Positions 1 through 8,970 of a DNA stretch of 29,916 bases are shown piece by piece. Under the pieces are notes generated by a model that saw only the letters and a list, made by a program, of their open reading frames with translations, had not been told where the DNA came from and did not search any database. The stretch covers positions 1-29,916 of the IMG/VR virus record IMGVR_UViG_3300005764_000060, one strand, 5' to 3'. How positions within the stretch are numbered: position 1 is the first letter of the stretch; the number at the start of each line of letters is the position of its first letter. Origin of the DNA: a virus (Duplodnaviria; Caudoviricetes). Made by a program: the position numbers and the translations under genes.

Positions 1-847
1 ACCCGCCGCAGGCACTGCCACTGCAGGCAGAGGCACTGCAGCCACAGCTGCCGCCGCAGCTGCAGGCACCGCAGGCGCCCGCGCCGCAGGAATCACCACT
101 GCAGCCGCATCCGGCGCAGCCGCTGCCGCCGCAGCCGCCGCAGCCACCAGCGTCACCACTGCTGCAGCCACCGGTGCCGCCGCCACCTGAGTCACCGCCG
201 CCGTCATCGAGGTGCTTTACGCCACCGGCCCAGCGGTGCCCGGCTTGCGAGCCGTCCCACACCTCATCGATGCCGTTGCCCTGATACTCGCCACCACGGC
301 GGAAGCGGCGCAGCCGGGATGTGGGGAGGTGCTCCCCGTCATCGGGGACGTGATCCATGAACCCAATCTGCTGAGCACGCGGATGCAGCCGTCGCCGCGG
401 CGGCGCCGCCTCGCGCTCGCGATCTCGCCGGTAGAAGAAGTTGGGGTCCTCGATCTCGCCGCCCCTGGCTCGCTGCTGTCCCGTCGTCGCCGGGGGCGCG
501 GGCTTCGCATGAAGCCGCTGGTAGCTCTCCATGTACGGCGGATCGATACCGGGGATGTACCGGTCGAGCCCCTGCAGCCTGCGCTGGTTCTGCAGGAGCT
601 TCTCGATCGTTTCGAGATACTGGGGCGGATAGTTGGGACTTACCCGCTCCAGGCGCGCATCGTCCTGGAGGGGAGGAAGATCAGGGTCCTGGTCGTGGTC
701 AACGATGCCACCCGAGGCGTAGCCGGGCTCGACCCCCGTAATCGTGCCCTTGTTGCGTGAGGCATAGAAGACCGAGGTGCCCTTCTTGTCACCGTATTCG
801 CTCCGCATGTTCGCGAGTATCTTATTGCCCTTGGCTGTCAGCGGCAC
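1..847 (-). CDS. Probable internal virion protein with repeated xxxGG motifs and a Cys/Gly/Ser-rich tract; runs off the left edge
   Basis: Translated by hand. GTG at 847 follows GGAG, and the frame stays open to position 2: MPLTAKGNKILANMRSEYGDKKGTSVFYASRNKGTITGVEPGYASGGIV...KHLDDGGGDSGGGGTGGCSSGDAGGCGGCGG... The N-terminus resembles a conserved small phage module. It is absent from the ORF track, presumably because it has no stop in the window. Confidence 0.85.
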   Translation of the reverse strand, partial: MPLTAKGNKILANMRSEYGDKKGTSVFYASRNKGTITGVEPGYASGGIVDHDQDPDLPPLQDDARLERVSPNYPPQYLETIEKLLQNQRRLQGLDRYIPGIDPPYMESYQRLHAKPAPPATTGQQRARGGEIEDPNFFYRRDREREAAPPRRRLHPRAQQIGFMDHVPDDGEHLPTSRLRRFRRGGEYQGNGIDEVWDGSQAGHRWAGGVKHLDDGGGDSGGGGTGGCSSGDAGGCGGCGGSGCAGCGCSGDSCGAGACGACSCGGSCGCSASACSGSACGG

Positions 848-1067
848 CGCGCATCTCCAACCTTGCCAGGAGCTTCACCAAGGCACGCCGATTCTGAAAG
901 CTCACAAAGTCGCGCTGTTGGAGGTAGTCGCGCAAACCCAGGTCATCGATCTCCTTGATCCTCGCCTTGACCTCCGCAACGTCGACAGCCGGTATCGCAA
1001 CCTCCAGTGATTCGCCAAGGATATCACGGCGGTAAACGTCCGTCAGATAACGGCCAATGTCGCTCAC
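822..1067 (-). CDS. Hypothetical protein (81 aa)
   Basis: GTGA overlap with the upstream stop at 1064-1066; co-oriented with the operon. Confidence 0.7.
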   Translation of the reverse strand: MSDIGRYLTDVYRRDILGESLEVAIPAVDVAEVKARIKEIDDLGLRDYLQQRDFVSFQNRRALVKLLARLEMRGAADSQGQ

Positions 1068-1243
1068 AACGGCGGCGCCCCCGTGAACTTTGCGTCAAAC
1101 GCCTTGTGCAGCCGCTGCAGCGCTCGCACCGTCATCAGCATGTTCTGATTGAGCTGCTCCATCCACAGCGGGTCGGGCGTATCCTCCAGCTTCGGCATCA
1201 CAGGCGGCCAGCGTGGTGGTGCGACGTCTTCCTCGGCGCTCAT
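1064..1243 (-). CDS. Small hypothetical virion-associated protein (59 aa), not in the ORF track
   Basis: MSAEEDVAPPRWPPVMPKLEDTPDPLWMEQLNQNMLMTVRALQRLHKAFDAKFTGAPPL; 4-nt start/stop overlaps at both ends. Confidence 0.75.
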   Translation of the reverse strand: MSAEEDVAPPRWPPVMPKLEDTPDPLWMEQLNQNMLMTVRALQRLHKAFDAKFTGAPPL

Positions 1244-1926
1244 CTCAATCTGCTCCCGGAGAACGTGGCGGCAGTGATGATCGCTGTGGGGGTCTCATCG
1301 ATCGCCCCGTACAGCTCGACGTAGTCGGTAGTCCCATTGAGATAGAGCCCCACGCTCACCGACACGACCGATCCCAGCTTCCCACCAGCATAGGCGAAGA
1401 TGGAATCAGCACCGTTGGTGCCGATACCCAGACCATTCCTGACGATGCTGACCCCCGATGCGTTTGCGCCGCTGCCGCCGCAAGTTCCGGCGAAGAAGTA
1501 GAATCCCGGAACCTGCGGTATGTAGCGAGAGAGACTGCCGTTCCACCAACCCTCCAGGTCAGTGTCCATGACGGTCAGGTCGACCTTCGTAAATGTGGCG
1601 TTGGGGACCGTCTGGTTGGTCGCATTGCGAACCCTGAACGCCCCGCGCGGAAGCCCGGTGACATCGCCCGCACCCACGATCCAGTTGCTACCGTCGTAGA
1701 ATGCCAGCACAACATTGGTGCCGCCACCAACAATGACTCTTCCGGGCGTGTCGCTCACGCTGTCATCGACGCAGGCAATCATGCCGGTCTTCCCTGGGGG
1801 CAGGTCGGCAAAGTGCACCGGAGTGAGCTGGTAGCCGGTCGAGGCGTCGATGTGCTCGGCCATCCTAGAGACGGCTCGCGCCATGAGCAGTTGCGTGTTG
1901 ACCAGGGCATCGCCGCGCAAGCTCAT
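1240..1926 (-). CDS. Fibre/spike protein with a C-terminal C1q/TNF-like domain
   Basis: Start re-assigned to ATG 1926 (ATGA overlap with the nozzle stop). Contains a fibre-type motif GGGTNVVLAFYDGSNW, then AFRVRNATNQT...RYIPQVPGFYFF...LYLNGTTDYVELY, a C1q-like pattern. Confidence 0.7.
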   Translation of the reverse strand: MSLRGDALVNTQLLMARAVSRMAEHIDASTGYQLTPVHFADLPPGKTGMIACVDDSVSDTPGRVIVGGGTNVVLAFYDGSNWIVGAGDVTGLPRGAFRVRNATNQTVPNATFTKVDLTVMDTDLEGWWNGSLSRYIPQVPGFYFFAGTCGGSGANASGVSIVRNGLGIGTNGADSIFAYAGGKLGSVVSVSVGLYLNGTTDYVELYGAIDETPTAIITAATFSGSRLR

Positions 1927-4700
1927 GGGCGCCGTCCTGCCGGATTGGTTTTGAACGTCGGCACGCCGACGCGCGAGGAGAAGCCCTTGATCGGTTCCCA
2001 CTCATAGCGCACCGCAACGTAGCGGGCGCGCACCCGCGGCGCGAAGAACTGCGTGAGCGGCGTCATCGACCAGGGACCGTACAGGTGGTCGGGGCCCTGC
2101 GGATAGTTCACCCCGCGCAGATAGACCCTCATCGCGCCGTCACGCCCGAACCACTTGAAGTCCGGCTGACACTGGGTGATCGAGAGCATCACGGTGCCGT
2201 CGCCAAGCTCGGTGTATCCCGTCTCCGCAAACACCCCGCGCATCGGCTGATCGTCGTCGTCGTAGCCCACCTCGTGCTGCTGGATACGCATGTTCGCATC
2301 GGCGCCCATCGGCGGGCCAAACACGCTGTTGCCCAGCCACGCTGTACGAGCAAGCGCACCGCTGTCCCAGGCGGTATCGAGGATGTTGTACTTCACATAG
2401 AGCGAGCACTCGTTCTGCGGCAGCAACGCGCCCGTGACCTGATAGTCGAGTGGATCGTCACCCTCGACCAGCTGCGGCCCCCAGATGAGCGTGCCCTTGG
2501 TGACATCCCCAGGATAGCTGATCGCGTTCGTGTTGAGGGTGTTGTTGAACGCCACCTCCAGCGTCGGCTTATCATCGCTGGTGAACGTGAGGGTGTACCT
2601 CTTCCAGCCGTTCGTTCCGGTTCCGAGCTTGTCCGTCAGCACAAGCGCCTTGAGCTTCTTGAATGCCGGTGACGACACCCCGGACGTCACCAAGGCACCA
2701 GCAACCACGTCGAAGGTCGCATACGCGCCGCCCGCCGACGTCGATGCACGTAGCGTCAGCCTTCGCGTCGAGCTGTTGTGGGCATAGACCGACAGCGTGT
2801 AGGTCTTGCTCACCCGGTTCTTGGTGATGGTCTGCGCGACTTGATGCAGGCCGTTGGTCGCCGTCGACTGCAGCGAGAACACGTTGGCGCTGCCATCAGG
2901 CGCGAAGATCACCTGCTCCAGGTGCGCCTGCAGATCGCTGTCAAGCCAGCTGAACACATTCAGGCCACTTGCATCCCACCAGCCTGATGGCTCGTAGCCC
3001 TCTTCGTAGACGTAGACCTGCTTGGCCAGCAACGGCGTAAACAGCACCGCACCTGTCAGCGTCCATCGCATTGCATTGTCGATGTCGCCCGAGAGCAGCA
3101 GCAGGTTGCCGCCCTGATCCTTGAAGCCATCCGCTGCCGTCTTAGACGGGAAATAGAACCCGACCTCGGTGGTCGATGAGCTGGGCGCGGCAAACGACTT
3201 GTTGATGTTGTCCTCATCGATGTCGTTGAAGGCATAGTCCCACACCGAGCACGGCATCACCTGGGCGCCACCGGCACCGAACGTCCAGAAGTTGTTCTTG
3301 CTCTTCCAGATGATGGTGCTGCCGACGACCCCGACGTCATGCGGCGAATCCAGGCCGCAGCCGCTGGCAACGATATTGAAGCCATAGATCAGCGGCGGCC
3401 CGATATACGACATCGACCACAGGTCGACGTCGGTCCACACCAGCGTCACCTGCGGCCCCTGCACCGCTCCGACAATCTTGGAGCCGCGCGAGAGCCGGTA
3501 GGAGCCAGCCTCATTGCTGACCGTCGCCGTGTAGTTGTCGTAGGTGCCGACCTCGGACCAGCGCAGAAGCAGCGGATCGATCACGCCGCTGCCGAAGACG
3601 CCCGGCTGATTGCTGATCTCGCTTCCAAACAGGATGACTTGCGCCTGCGGCATCGCCACCAGCATGCCGTTGGACCGCTGCGGCGCGGTCGCCGGTGGTC
3701 CGACGCCAACGGGAGTGATCCACGGGCCGTTGCTGATCGGCGGATGATAGACCTGCAGCGGGCCGCCGCTCGCCAGCGCCAACCCGTCCTTGCCGAGATT
3801 GGCCAGGAACCAGCTGTTGACCCGCGGATCACCCAGCGGGGTGAGCACCGAAAGACCGATCGCGGTCCCGACCGTGCTGCCGGTCGCGGCACCGATCTGG
3901 CTGCCCTCATAGACCTGATGCGTGGCTCCGCCGAGGCCATCGCCGGTCCCGGACGCACCCATCGAGATCGTGAACGTGTCCGCCGTTGGCACGCTGGCCA
4001 CGCGAAACAACCGGTGCGCCTCGGCGCTGAAGTTCACGCCGGTGGTGATCAGCGTGGTGATCTGCGGCACCTCGATGATGTCATCGACGTTGTACCCGTG
4101 CGCCTTCCAGGTCACCGTCATCGTGTTGATGATATCGTTTGTGTACAAACGAACGCCGTAAGTATCCGTCTCGGTGGTGATCGCGAGCGCGGGCATGTCG
4201 AAGCTGAAGCCGACGCCCAGCGTCACGCTCTTGACGACAAAGGCGCTGCCCGCCGGGATGATGCGGCCGCCCAGCGAGAGCGGCAGCCGCACCAGGACCG
4301 AGCCACCGGCAGTAGCGACGAACCCGGTCTTGACCGTGACGGTCCTGGAGCCCGCGGTGGTGCTGAACTTGGTCGCCGACACAGATGAGCCGCTCGGGAG
4401 GTAACCGCCCTGCAGATTGAGCTGCGAGCCCAGTCCGTAGGGCGTCTCGTTGACCAGCAGCTGGAGCCCGAGGTCGGTGGCGATCAGGAGGTTCTTGTCG
4501 TTGTCGAGATCGGCCCAGGCATGCAGCTTGCGGATCGGGGCCGCGAAGATGTCTTCGACCAGCCGCCGCCACCCGCCGATCTTCTCTAACAGGCCGAAGC
4601 GCCAGCGCACGAGGTTACCGGAGAACCAAGCGCCACCCGCCTGGACCTGCGTGGCCTGGGAGATGAACCCCGGAGAGGCCTGCGGCTTGTTCAGCGGCAT
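1923..4700 (-). CDS. Tail nozzle/hub (P22 gp10 / tubular protein B-like) with inserted domains
   Basis: 925 aa. N-terminal PG...GGAW...VRWRFGLLEKIGGW and DPLLLRWS, YRLSRGSKIV motifs recall podovirus hub proteins; lies directly after an adaptor gene. Confidence 0.75.
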   Translation of the reverse strand: MPLNKPQASPGFISQATQVQAGGAWFSGNLVRWRFGLLEKIGGWRRLVEDIFAAPIRKLHAWADLDNDKNLLIATDLGLQLLVNETPYGLGSQLNLQGGYLPSGSSVSATKFSTTAGSRTVTVKTGFVATAGGSVLVRLPLSLGGRIIPAGSAFVVKSVTLGVGFSFDMPALAITTETDTYGVRLYTNDIINTMTVTWKAHGYNVDDIIEVPQITTLITTGVNFSAEAHRLFRVASVPTADTFTISMGASGTGDGLGGATHQVYEGSQIGAATGSTVGTAIGLSVLTPLGDPRVNSWFLANLGKDGLALASGGPLQVYHPPISNGPWITPVGVGPPATAPQRSNGMLVAMPQAQVILFGSEISNQPGVFGSGVIDPLLLRWSEVGTYDNYTATVSNEAGSYRLSRGSKIVGAVQGPQVTLVWTDVDLWSMSYIGPPLIYGFNIVASGCGLDSPHDVGVVGSTIIWKSKNNFWTFGAGGAQVMPCSVWDYAFNDIDEDNINKSFAAPSSSTTEVGFYFPSKTAADGFKDQGGNLLLLSGDIDNAMRWTLTGAVLFTPLLAKQVYVYEEGYEPSGWWDASGLNVFSWLDSDLQAHLEQVIFAPDGSANVFSLQSTATNGLHQVAQTITKNRVSKTYTLSVYAHNSSTRRLTLRASTSAGGAYATFDVVAGALVTSGVSSPAFKKLKALVLTDKLGTGTNGWKRYTLTFTSDDKPTLEVAFNNTLNTNAISYPGDVTKGTLIWGPQLVEGDDPLDYQVTGALLPQNECSLYVKYNILDTAWDSGALARTAWLGNSVFGPPMGADANMRIQQHEVGYDDDDQPMRGVFAETGYTELGDGTVMLSITQCQPDFKWFGRDGAMRVYLRGVNYPQGPDHLYGPWSMTPLTQFFAPRVRARYVAVRYEWEPIKGFSSRVGVPTFKTNPAGRRP

Positions 4701-5495
4701 TTACGGCGCCCTCGGCTGCTGCGCGAGCTGCGCCGGGGATAGTGCCGTGAAGCTCGGACCCTCGCCGCGCAGCTTGGCCGCCTCCAGCTGGGCACTGGCC
4801 TTCAGCGTCTGGTACTGCGATTCCCAGCTCACCGCCTTCTGCGGATCATCGGACTGCGCGCCCCAGTCCCGCTGGTAGCCGCAGCCAAACACCATGCAGC
4901 AAGCCAGGAACAGCTCGGGGTAGATGACGCTGATGAAGGTTTCGGGATTTTTCGCGGACAGCAGCTCTGGCCGAAGGAACCCCATCCATTCGATGACGTA
5001 GAAAGTATTCGGAGTTGGCGCGAGTATGGCTGCGATGTCGAAGTAGGTACCGATCGGTGGTGGCGGCGGCGGTGGCGGCGTGTACTGCGTGCGCTGCCCG
5101 ATCAGCGCGTACTGCCGCGGCACGCCAAGCTTGGTCGTCGTCGGCCAGAACATGTTCAGCGCCTCGGGCGTGACCCGCTCCAGGTCCACTCTCTTGCCGA
5201 CATCCAAGGTGTGCGGGGGCCCCACTGGGTCCGGGGGCGGCACCACCCCACCGGGGGTGAACATGCTCAAGGAGCGCACCGACATGAGCCGCGACGGCAG
5301 CACGAGGCGGCGCTCACCCTTGGGCGCGACGATCTTGTCGGTGTTCGTGGTCTGCAGGAAGTCCAGCTCGCGATAGATACGCCCATCGGCGTATGCGAAC
5401 ATCGCCGGAATGATGCGCGTGAAGTTGGCGTCCTCGTCGTTGAGAGGCACCTCCAGCATCGTCTGCAGCCACTTCACACACTCATAGAAGTTCAT
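4701..5495 (-). CDS. Head-tail adaptor / tubular protein A-like
   Basis: 264 aa; FTRIIPAMFAYADGRIYRELD, GVPRQYA, LAPTP, YPELFL motifs; two Pro-rich insertions; adjacent to the hub gene. Confidence 0.7.
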   Translation of the reverse strand: MNFYECVKWLQTMLEVPLNDEDANFTRIIPAMFAYADGRIYRELDFLQTTNTDKIVAPKGERRLVLPSRLMSVRSLSMFTPGGVVPPPDPVGPPHTLDVGKRVDLERVTPEALNMFWPTTTKLGVPRQYALIGQRTQYTPPPPPPPPIGTYFDIAAILAPTPNTFYVIEWMGFLRPELLSAKNPETFISVIYPELFLACCMVFGCGYQRDWGAQSDDPQKAVSWESQYQTLKASAQLEAAKLRGEGPSFTALSPAQLAQQPRAP

Positions 5496-5513
5496 CGCCA
5501 GCTCCTCCCAGAG

Positions 5514-5888
5514 CTACACTATTGCCAACGGTTCACCGTCATCGCCACCTGCTGCCGCCAATGCGCTGGTGATGCACAGAACGTGCGAATGCAGCGCCAC
5601 GCTGTTGCCAAACGTGGTCATGACATTGGCGCCCAAGGTGTATGTGTTCCCCGGAATCAGTCCGCCGACACGATGGATGGTCCCGGTCATCCGCGTGCTG
5701 CCTCTCGGCACCACGACAAACGGAACGCCACGCAGGCGATTGGGCGTGGAATCGACCCCGTGGGCCATCGTCATCGTCCAGATCGCAGAGATGACCTCTT
5801 CCTCGGGATCGAGATCGTTGACGAAGTCGAACCCGAACACCTCGCTCTCGCCTGACTGTTGCGGTGAGAAGTCCCTGCCGCAGTACAT
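5514..5888 (-). CDS. Fibre-to-tail adaptor-like Ig-fold protein
   Basis: ESEVFGFDF...ISAIW...GGLIPGNTYTL..VMTTFGN pattern, downstream of the fibre genes. Confidence 0.55.
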   Translation of the reverse strand: MYCGRDFSPQQSGESEVFGFDFVNDLDPEEEVISAIWTMTMAHGVDSTPNRLRGVPFVVVPRGSTRMTGTIHRVGGLIPGNTYTLGANVMTTFGNSVALHSHVLCITSALAAAGGDDGEPLAIV

Positions 5889-6217
5889 TATCTGATCCTC
5901 CTCACCTCGTTCTTCAGCATCTGATGGGACTGAATCATCAGCCGCGCACTCATCGGACGGAAGAAGATGTCGGGATCAACGTAGAGTGCCGGGAAGCACC
6001 ACACCGACACCTTCTTGATCGGATAGATCGTGTCTGGATCGGTGTGGAAACTTGGAAGCACGTAATAGAGGATGATCGGCGTATCGGTGAGCGCTTCGTC
6101 AAACCACGAGCCGACCGAGATGCCGCTGTCGTCCCACCAGCCGTACATCCCCTGGGTGGGCGGCGGAAACGGCGTAGCCCAGGCATAGGCCTGCTCGTAG
6201 ACGAACCTCAGTGCCAT
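5888..6217 (-). CDS. Aromatic/Pro-rich hypothetical structural protein with a GWWDxSG motif
   Basis: Tightly packed in the operon; motif shared with the nozzle insertion. Confidence 0.7.
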   Translation of the reverse strand: MALRFVYEQAYAWATPFPPPTQGMYGWWDDSGISVGSWFDEALTDTPIILYYVLPSFHTDPDTIYPIKKVSVWCFPALYVDPDIFFRPMSARLMIQSHQMLKNEVRRIR

Positions 6218-6220
6218 CGC

Positions 6221-6409
6221 TTACGGCCTGTCGTTCTCCAACGACTGGCTATTGCCGTTACGGGCGGTCGCCAGCGGTTGCTGTTGCTGCTGATGTTGCA
6301 ATTGCGAGGTGATCTTCATCAGAAGCGGATTGGCGTCCTTCCAGGGCGCCGTCACCAGGATGTTCACAACCGCTTGCCACTCACTTTCTTGCAGTTCGAC
6401 TGTCGACAT
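6221..6409 (-). CDS. Small helical protein typical of fibre-adjacent genes
   Basis: VELQESEWQAVVNILVTAPWKDANPLLMKITSQL; starts immediately after the fibre stop codon. Confidence 0.7.
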   Translation of the reverse strand: MSTVELQESEWQAVVNILVTAPWKDANPLLMKITSQLQHQQQQQPLATARNGNSQSLENDRP

Positions 6410-8593
6410 CTACCTTCTCCTCCGCGCGATAACGGAACCTTGCACGTTGCACGCCACAGTGCTGCGGGCCACCAGAAACACCGTTGGCGTGGCGCCGGAC
6501 GCCACCTTCACGCGCCATATTGGCGTCGTTGCAGCCCCGGCGAAGCCGCTGGCCATCTGGAGCGTCACGTACTTTAGCTGGCTCCCGCTGATGGTGGCGC
6601 TGGTCGTGTGCGGCTCTAGCTCAAGGGTTGCGATGGCACTGATGCTGCTGAAATTAGCATGACCGATGATATCCCAGTCGCCGCCGCTGAGCGGCCCGCA
6701 ACTGCAAACATTGGCCGCCACGTTGGCCGTGAGCGCGAGGGTCGACGCCTGTATGCCCTCGAAGTATTCGCCCACACAGCCCGCGGCGGCATCGTTGTTG
6801 GTGATGGTGCCCTTGATGTTGTTTGCCGCCAGCACTCCGAAGCCGGGATCGGCAAGAGCGGGGTCCAGCACCAAGCCGCCCGAGGCGTATATCCTCACAC
6901 GAGTGGTATAGTTGGCGCCGTTCTCAGTAACGAAATTGATCTGTGTCGGCACATGCCCAGCGCTGGGGGCGCTCTCGCATGTGAACCAGACGGCACCGCA
7001 CGTCACCCAGTTGCTGCCGTCGCTCCCCGCCCCTTGGATTATGCCAACCGGATCAGCCGCCAGCAACACGCCATGCGTGCCATAAGCGCCACGGCTGTGT
7101 CGCAAGGTAAAGGTCGGCCCACCAGCGGCAGCTTGGTAGTTGTCGATGCTCATGGCGGAGGTGCCAGTAGTCGTAGCAGATATCTGCAGCAAGCCAGTTC
7201 CCGCCGCCGGTGTGGCGCCGCCAGCGAATATCTGCAAGATGCCAGTGTTGGTGAGCCGCATGCGCTCTGCAAACGCCACGCCGTTGGAAGTGGTGAATGC
7301 GAGGCGAGTCGGAATTTGATTGCTGGCGAGCGCGCCGTCCACCAGTGCCGTGATCGCCGCACCATTGGACGTGAGACTCGGAACGCTGTCGGCGCCTTCA
7401 AACGTGATGGTCCCCAGCGCATCGTTAAGCTGGAGCGCGGTGATCTGCCCCACCGCCGGGCCGCGTGAATGCCGCAACGCAATGGCGGCACCGGGCGAGC
7501 TAGCCTGATAACCCTCGATGGTGAACGTCGCATTGGCGGTGAGCGCGCCTACGAGGCTCAGATAACCGCCCAGCGAGGAGGTGGCGCTCGGACCAACCAC
7601 TACCCGGCCAAAGCTGTCGATGAGCATGCGCTGAAGTGGCCCAGCGGTGCCTGCTTGGCGCGTTAAGAATGTCAACTTGCCCGGCACCTGCCCGGACGCC
7701 ACCGCGCCCTCAACGAAACAGGTGATGCTGGCCGCGGGGGAAAAGGCACTGCCGTCACTGCCGCGAAAGGTGACCTGCCCCATATAGTCGGTATCAGCAA
7801 CCGCGACGTGGGTGCCTATCGCGCCACTCTTACTCTTGTTGATGAAATAGCCAAACCCAGGAGAGCCAGTGCCCCAGTTGAAGATGCCGATGCCGTTAGG
7901 GATATCGACGCCGTGCGTCTGGAACTTGAAGTTTGAAGAATCGATGGCCGCGGTGTGCCCCACCACCACCGGCCCAGGATTGAAGAAGTTGCTGCCGGTC
8001 CAGGTGTTGCTGCCGGTCCAGGTGTTGTCGCCAGCCAGCGTAGTATTGGTGAGCGTGTCGCCGACAAACGACAGGCCTGCACCTATCGCAACCGGGTTCC
8101 AGGCCGAGACACCAGAGCGGTAGTAGATCGTGTGGGTGCCGCTGAGGCCCTCCAGCGCCGCGAGATCATCAGTCAGCATCAGCACCGGGCCGACGCGCGT
8201 GAGGCCTGACGCGGGCAGATCAACGCCCTGGATCAGCGTGCCGTCAGGCGGATCGGCGAAGCCCGCGAGCTGATGGAAGGTGGTCGGCGGCGCCGCATGC
8301 ACGACGCTCCCTTCATCGTGACCAGCCTGGATGTGATGGCCATCGACAAACACCGCGAGCTTGCCGGGGAACGGCCCCGGACCAACGATGAAGGCGGCGA
8401 TGTCGGGGATGCCCTGCAGATGCGTGGCGTCGACCCACTCCGCGAGCTGGCCCGGCTCGGGCGTGCCCGTGATAAAGGGCGGCTCCAACGCGGTGGTCAC
8501 CACGATCTCATCGATGTCCATCGGTACGATGACATCGACGGTGACCTGGACGTCGCTCTCCTCGACATTGATGATCTCAGCCTTGTTCATCAC
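6410..8593 (-). CDS. Tail fibre protein
   Basis: 727 aa, G/A/T/S-rich; NTWTG repeats; three roughly 123-aa (K/H)S(R/K)xG...ERMR-type repeats; C-terminal GCVGEY...GDWDI...ARRRR domain. Confidence 0.85.
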   Translation of the reverse strand: MMNKAEIINVEESDVQVTVDVIVPMDIDEIVVTTALEPPFITGTPEPGQLAEWVDATHLQGIPDIAAFIVGPGPFPGKLAVFVDGHHIQAGHDEGSVVHAAPPTTFHQLAGFADPPDGTLIQGVDLPASGLTRVGPVLMLTDDLAALEGLSGTHTIYYRSGVSAWNPVAIGAGLSFVGDTLTNTTLAGDNTWTGSNTWTGSNFFNPGPVVVGHTAAIDSSNFKFQTHGVDIPNGIGIFNWGTGSPGFGYFINKSKSGAIGTHVAVADTDYMGQVTFRGSDGSAFSPAASITCFVEGAVASGQVPGKLTFLTRQAGTAGPLQRMLIDSFGRVVVGPSATSSLGGYLSLVGALTANATFTIEGYQASSPGAAIALRHSRGPAVGQITALQLNDALGTITFEGADSVPSLTSNGAAITALVDGALASNQIPTRLAFTTSNGVAFAERMRLTNTGILQIFAGGATPAAGTGLLQISATTTGTSAMSIDNYQAAAGGPTFTLRHSRGAYGTHGVLLAADPVGIIQGAGSDGSNWVTCGAVWFTCESAPSAGHVPTQINFVTENGANYTTRVRIYASGGLVLDPALADPGFGVLAANNIKGTITNNDAAAGCVGEYFEGIQASTLALTANVAANVCSCGPLSGGDWDIIGHANFSSISAIATLELEPHTTSATISGSQLKYVTLQMASGFAGAATTPIWRVKVASGATPTVFLVARSTVACNVQGSVIARRRR
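7988..8027. repeat. 18-nt tandem repeat encoding NTWTGS
   Basis: gttgctgccggtccaggt twice, plus gttg. Confidence 0.9.
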
Positions 8594-8961
8594 GGTCCCC
8601 CGTAATGCGAGACATAGGGCTGAGTGCTGTCCGTCACGTCAGCGGTTACGGTAACCTTGCCAGACACCGGCGTGAGGACGGTGCCCGAGAGCAAGGTGAT
8701 CTGCAGGTCCCAGCAGCCCTTGGTGGTGATGGGCAGCTTGGGGCTCTCCTGCGCGCTGAGAACCACGTCAACGATGTTGGGAAGGATCACCGTACAGATC
8801 AGCGAGACGATGATCCCACCGGCGGGCCGATCGCGTATCTCGGACTTGGCGGTCGCTCCGGTCAGGTCGATCGGGGTCGTCCCATCCCCGCTATAGAACC
8901 TGAACCGCATATGCTCAGTGTCGCCGCGATATAGCTCCAACGGAAAGGTTGCTGGCTGCAT
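8590..8961 (-). CDS. Ig-like structural protein (BppU N-terminal-like, PIDLTG family)
   Basis: LELYRGDT...PIDLTGATAKSEIR...WDLQI...GKVTVTADVT. Confidence 0.7.
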   Translation of the reverse strand: MQPATFPLELYRGDTEHMRFRFYSGDGTTPIDLTGATAKSEIRDRPAGGIIVSLICTVILPNIVDVVLSAQESPKLPITTKGCWDLQITLLSGTVLTPVSGKVTVTADVTDSTQPYVSHYGGP

Positions 8962-8970
8962 CGTTTCCCC

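Noticed and set aside
1-760. Plus-strand Pro/Gln-rich frame, ORF 212..760 and minus ORF 217..510
   Set aside because: Shadows of the uninterrupted minus frame from GTG 847, which has an RBS and a recognisable N-terminus.
5058-5080. Poly-Pro run in the adaptor (and poly-Gln runs at about 6277-6300 and 14900-14940) as contingency repeats
   Set aside because: Mixed codons, in frame; ordinary low-complexity linkers.
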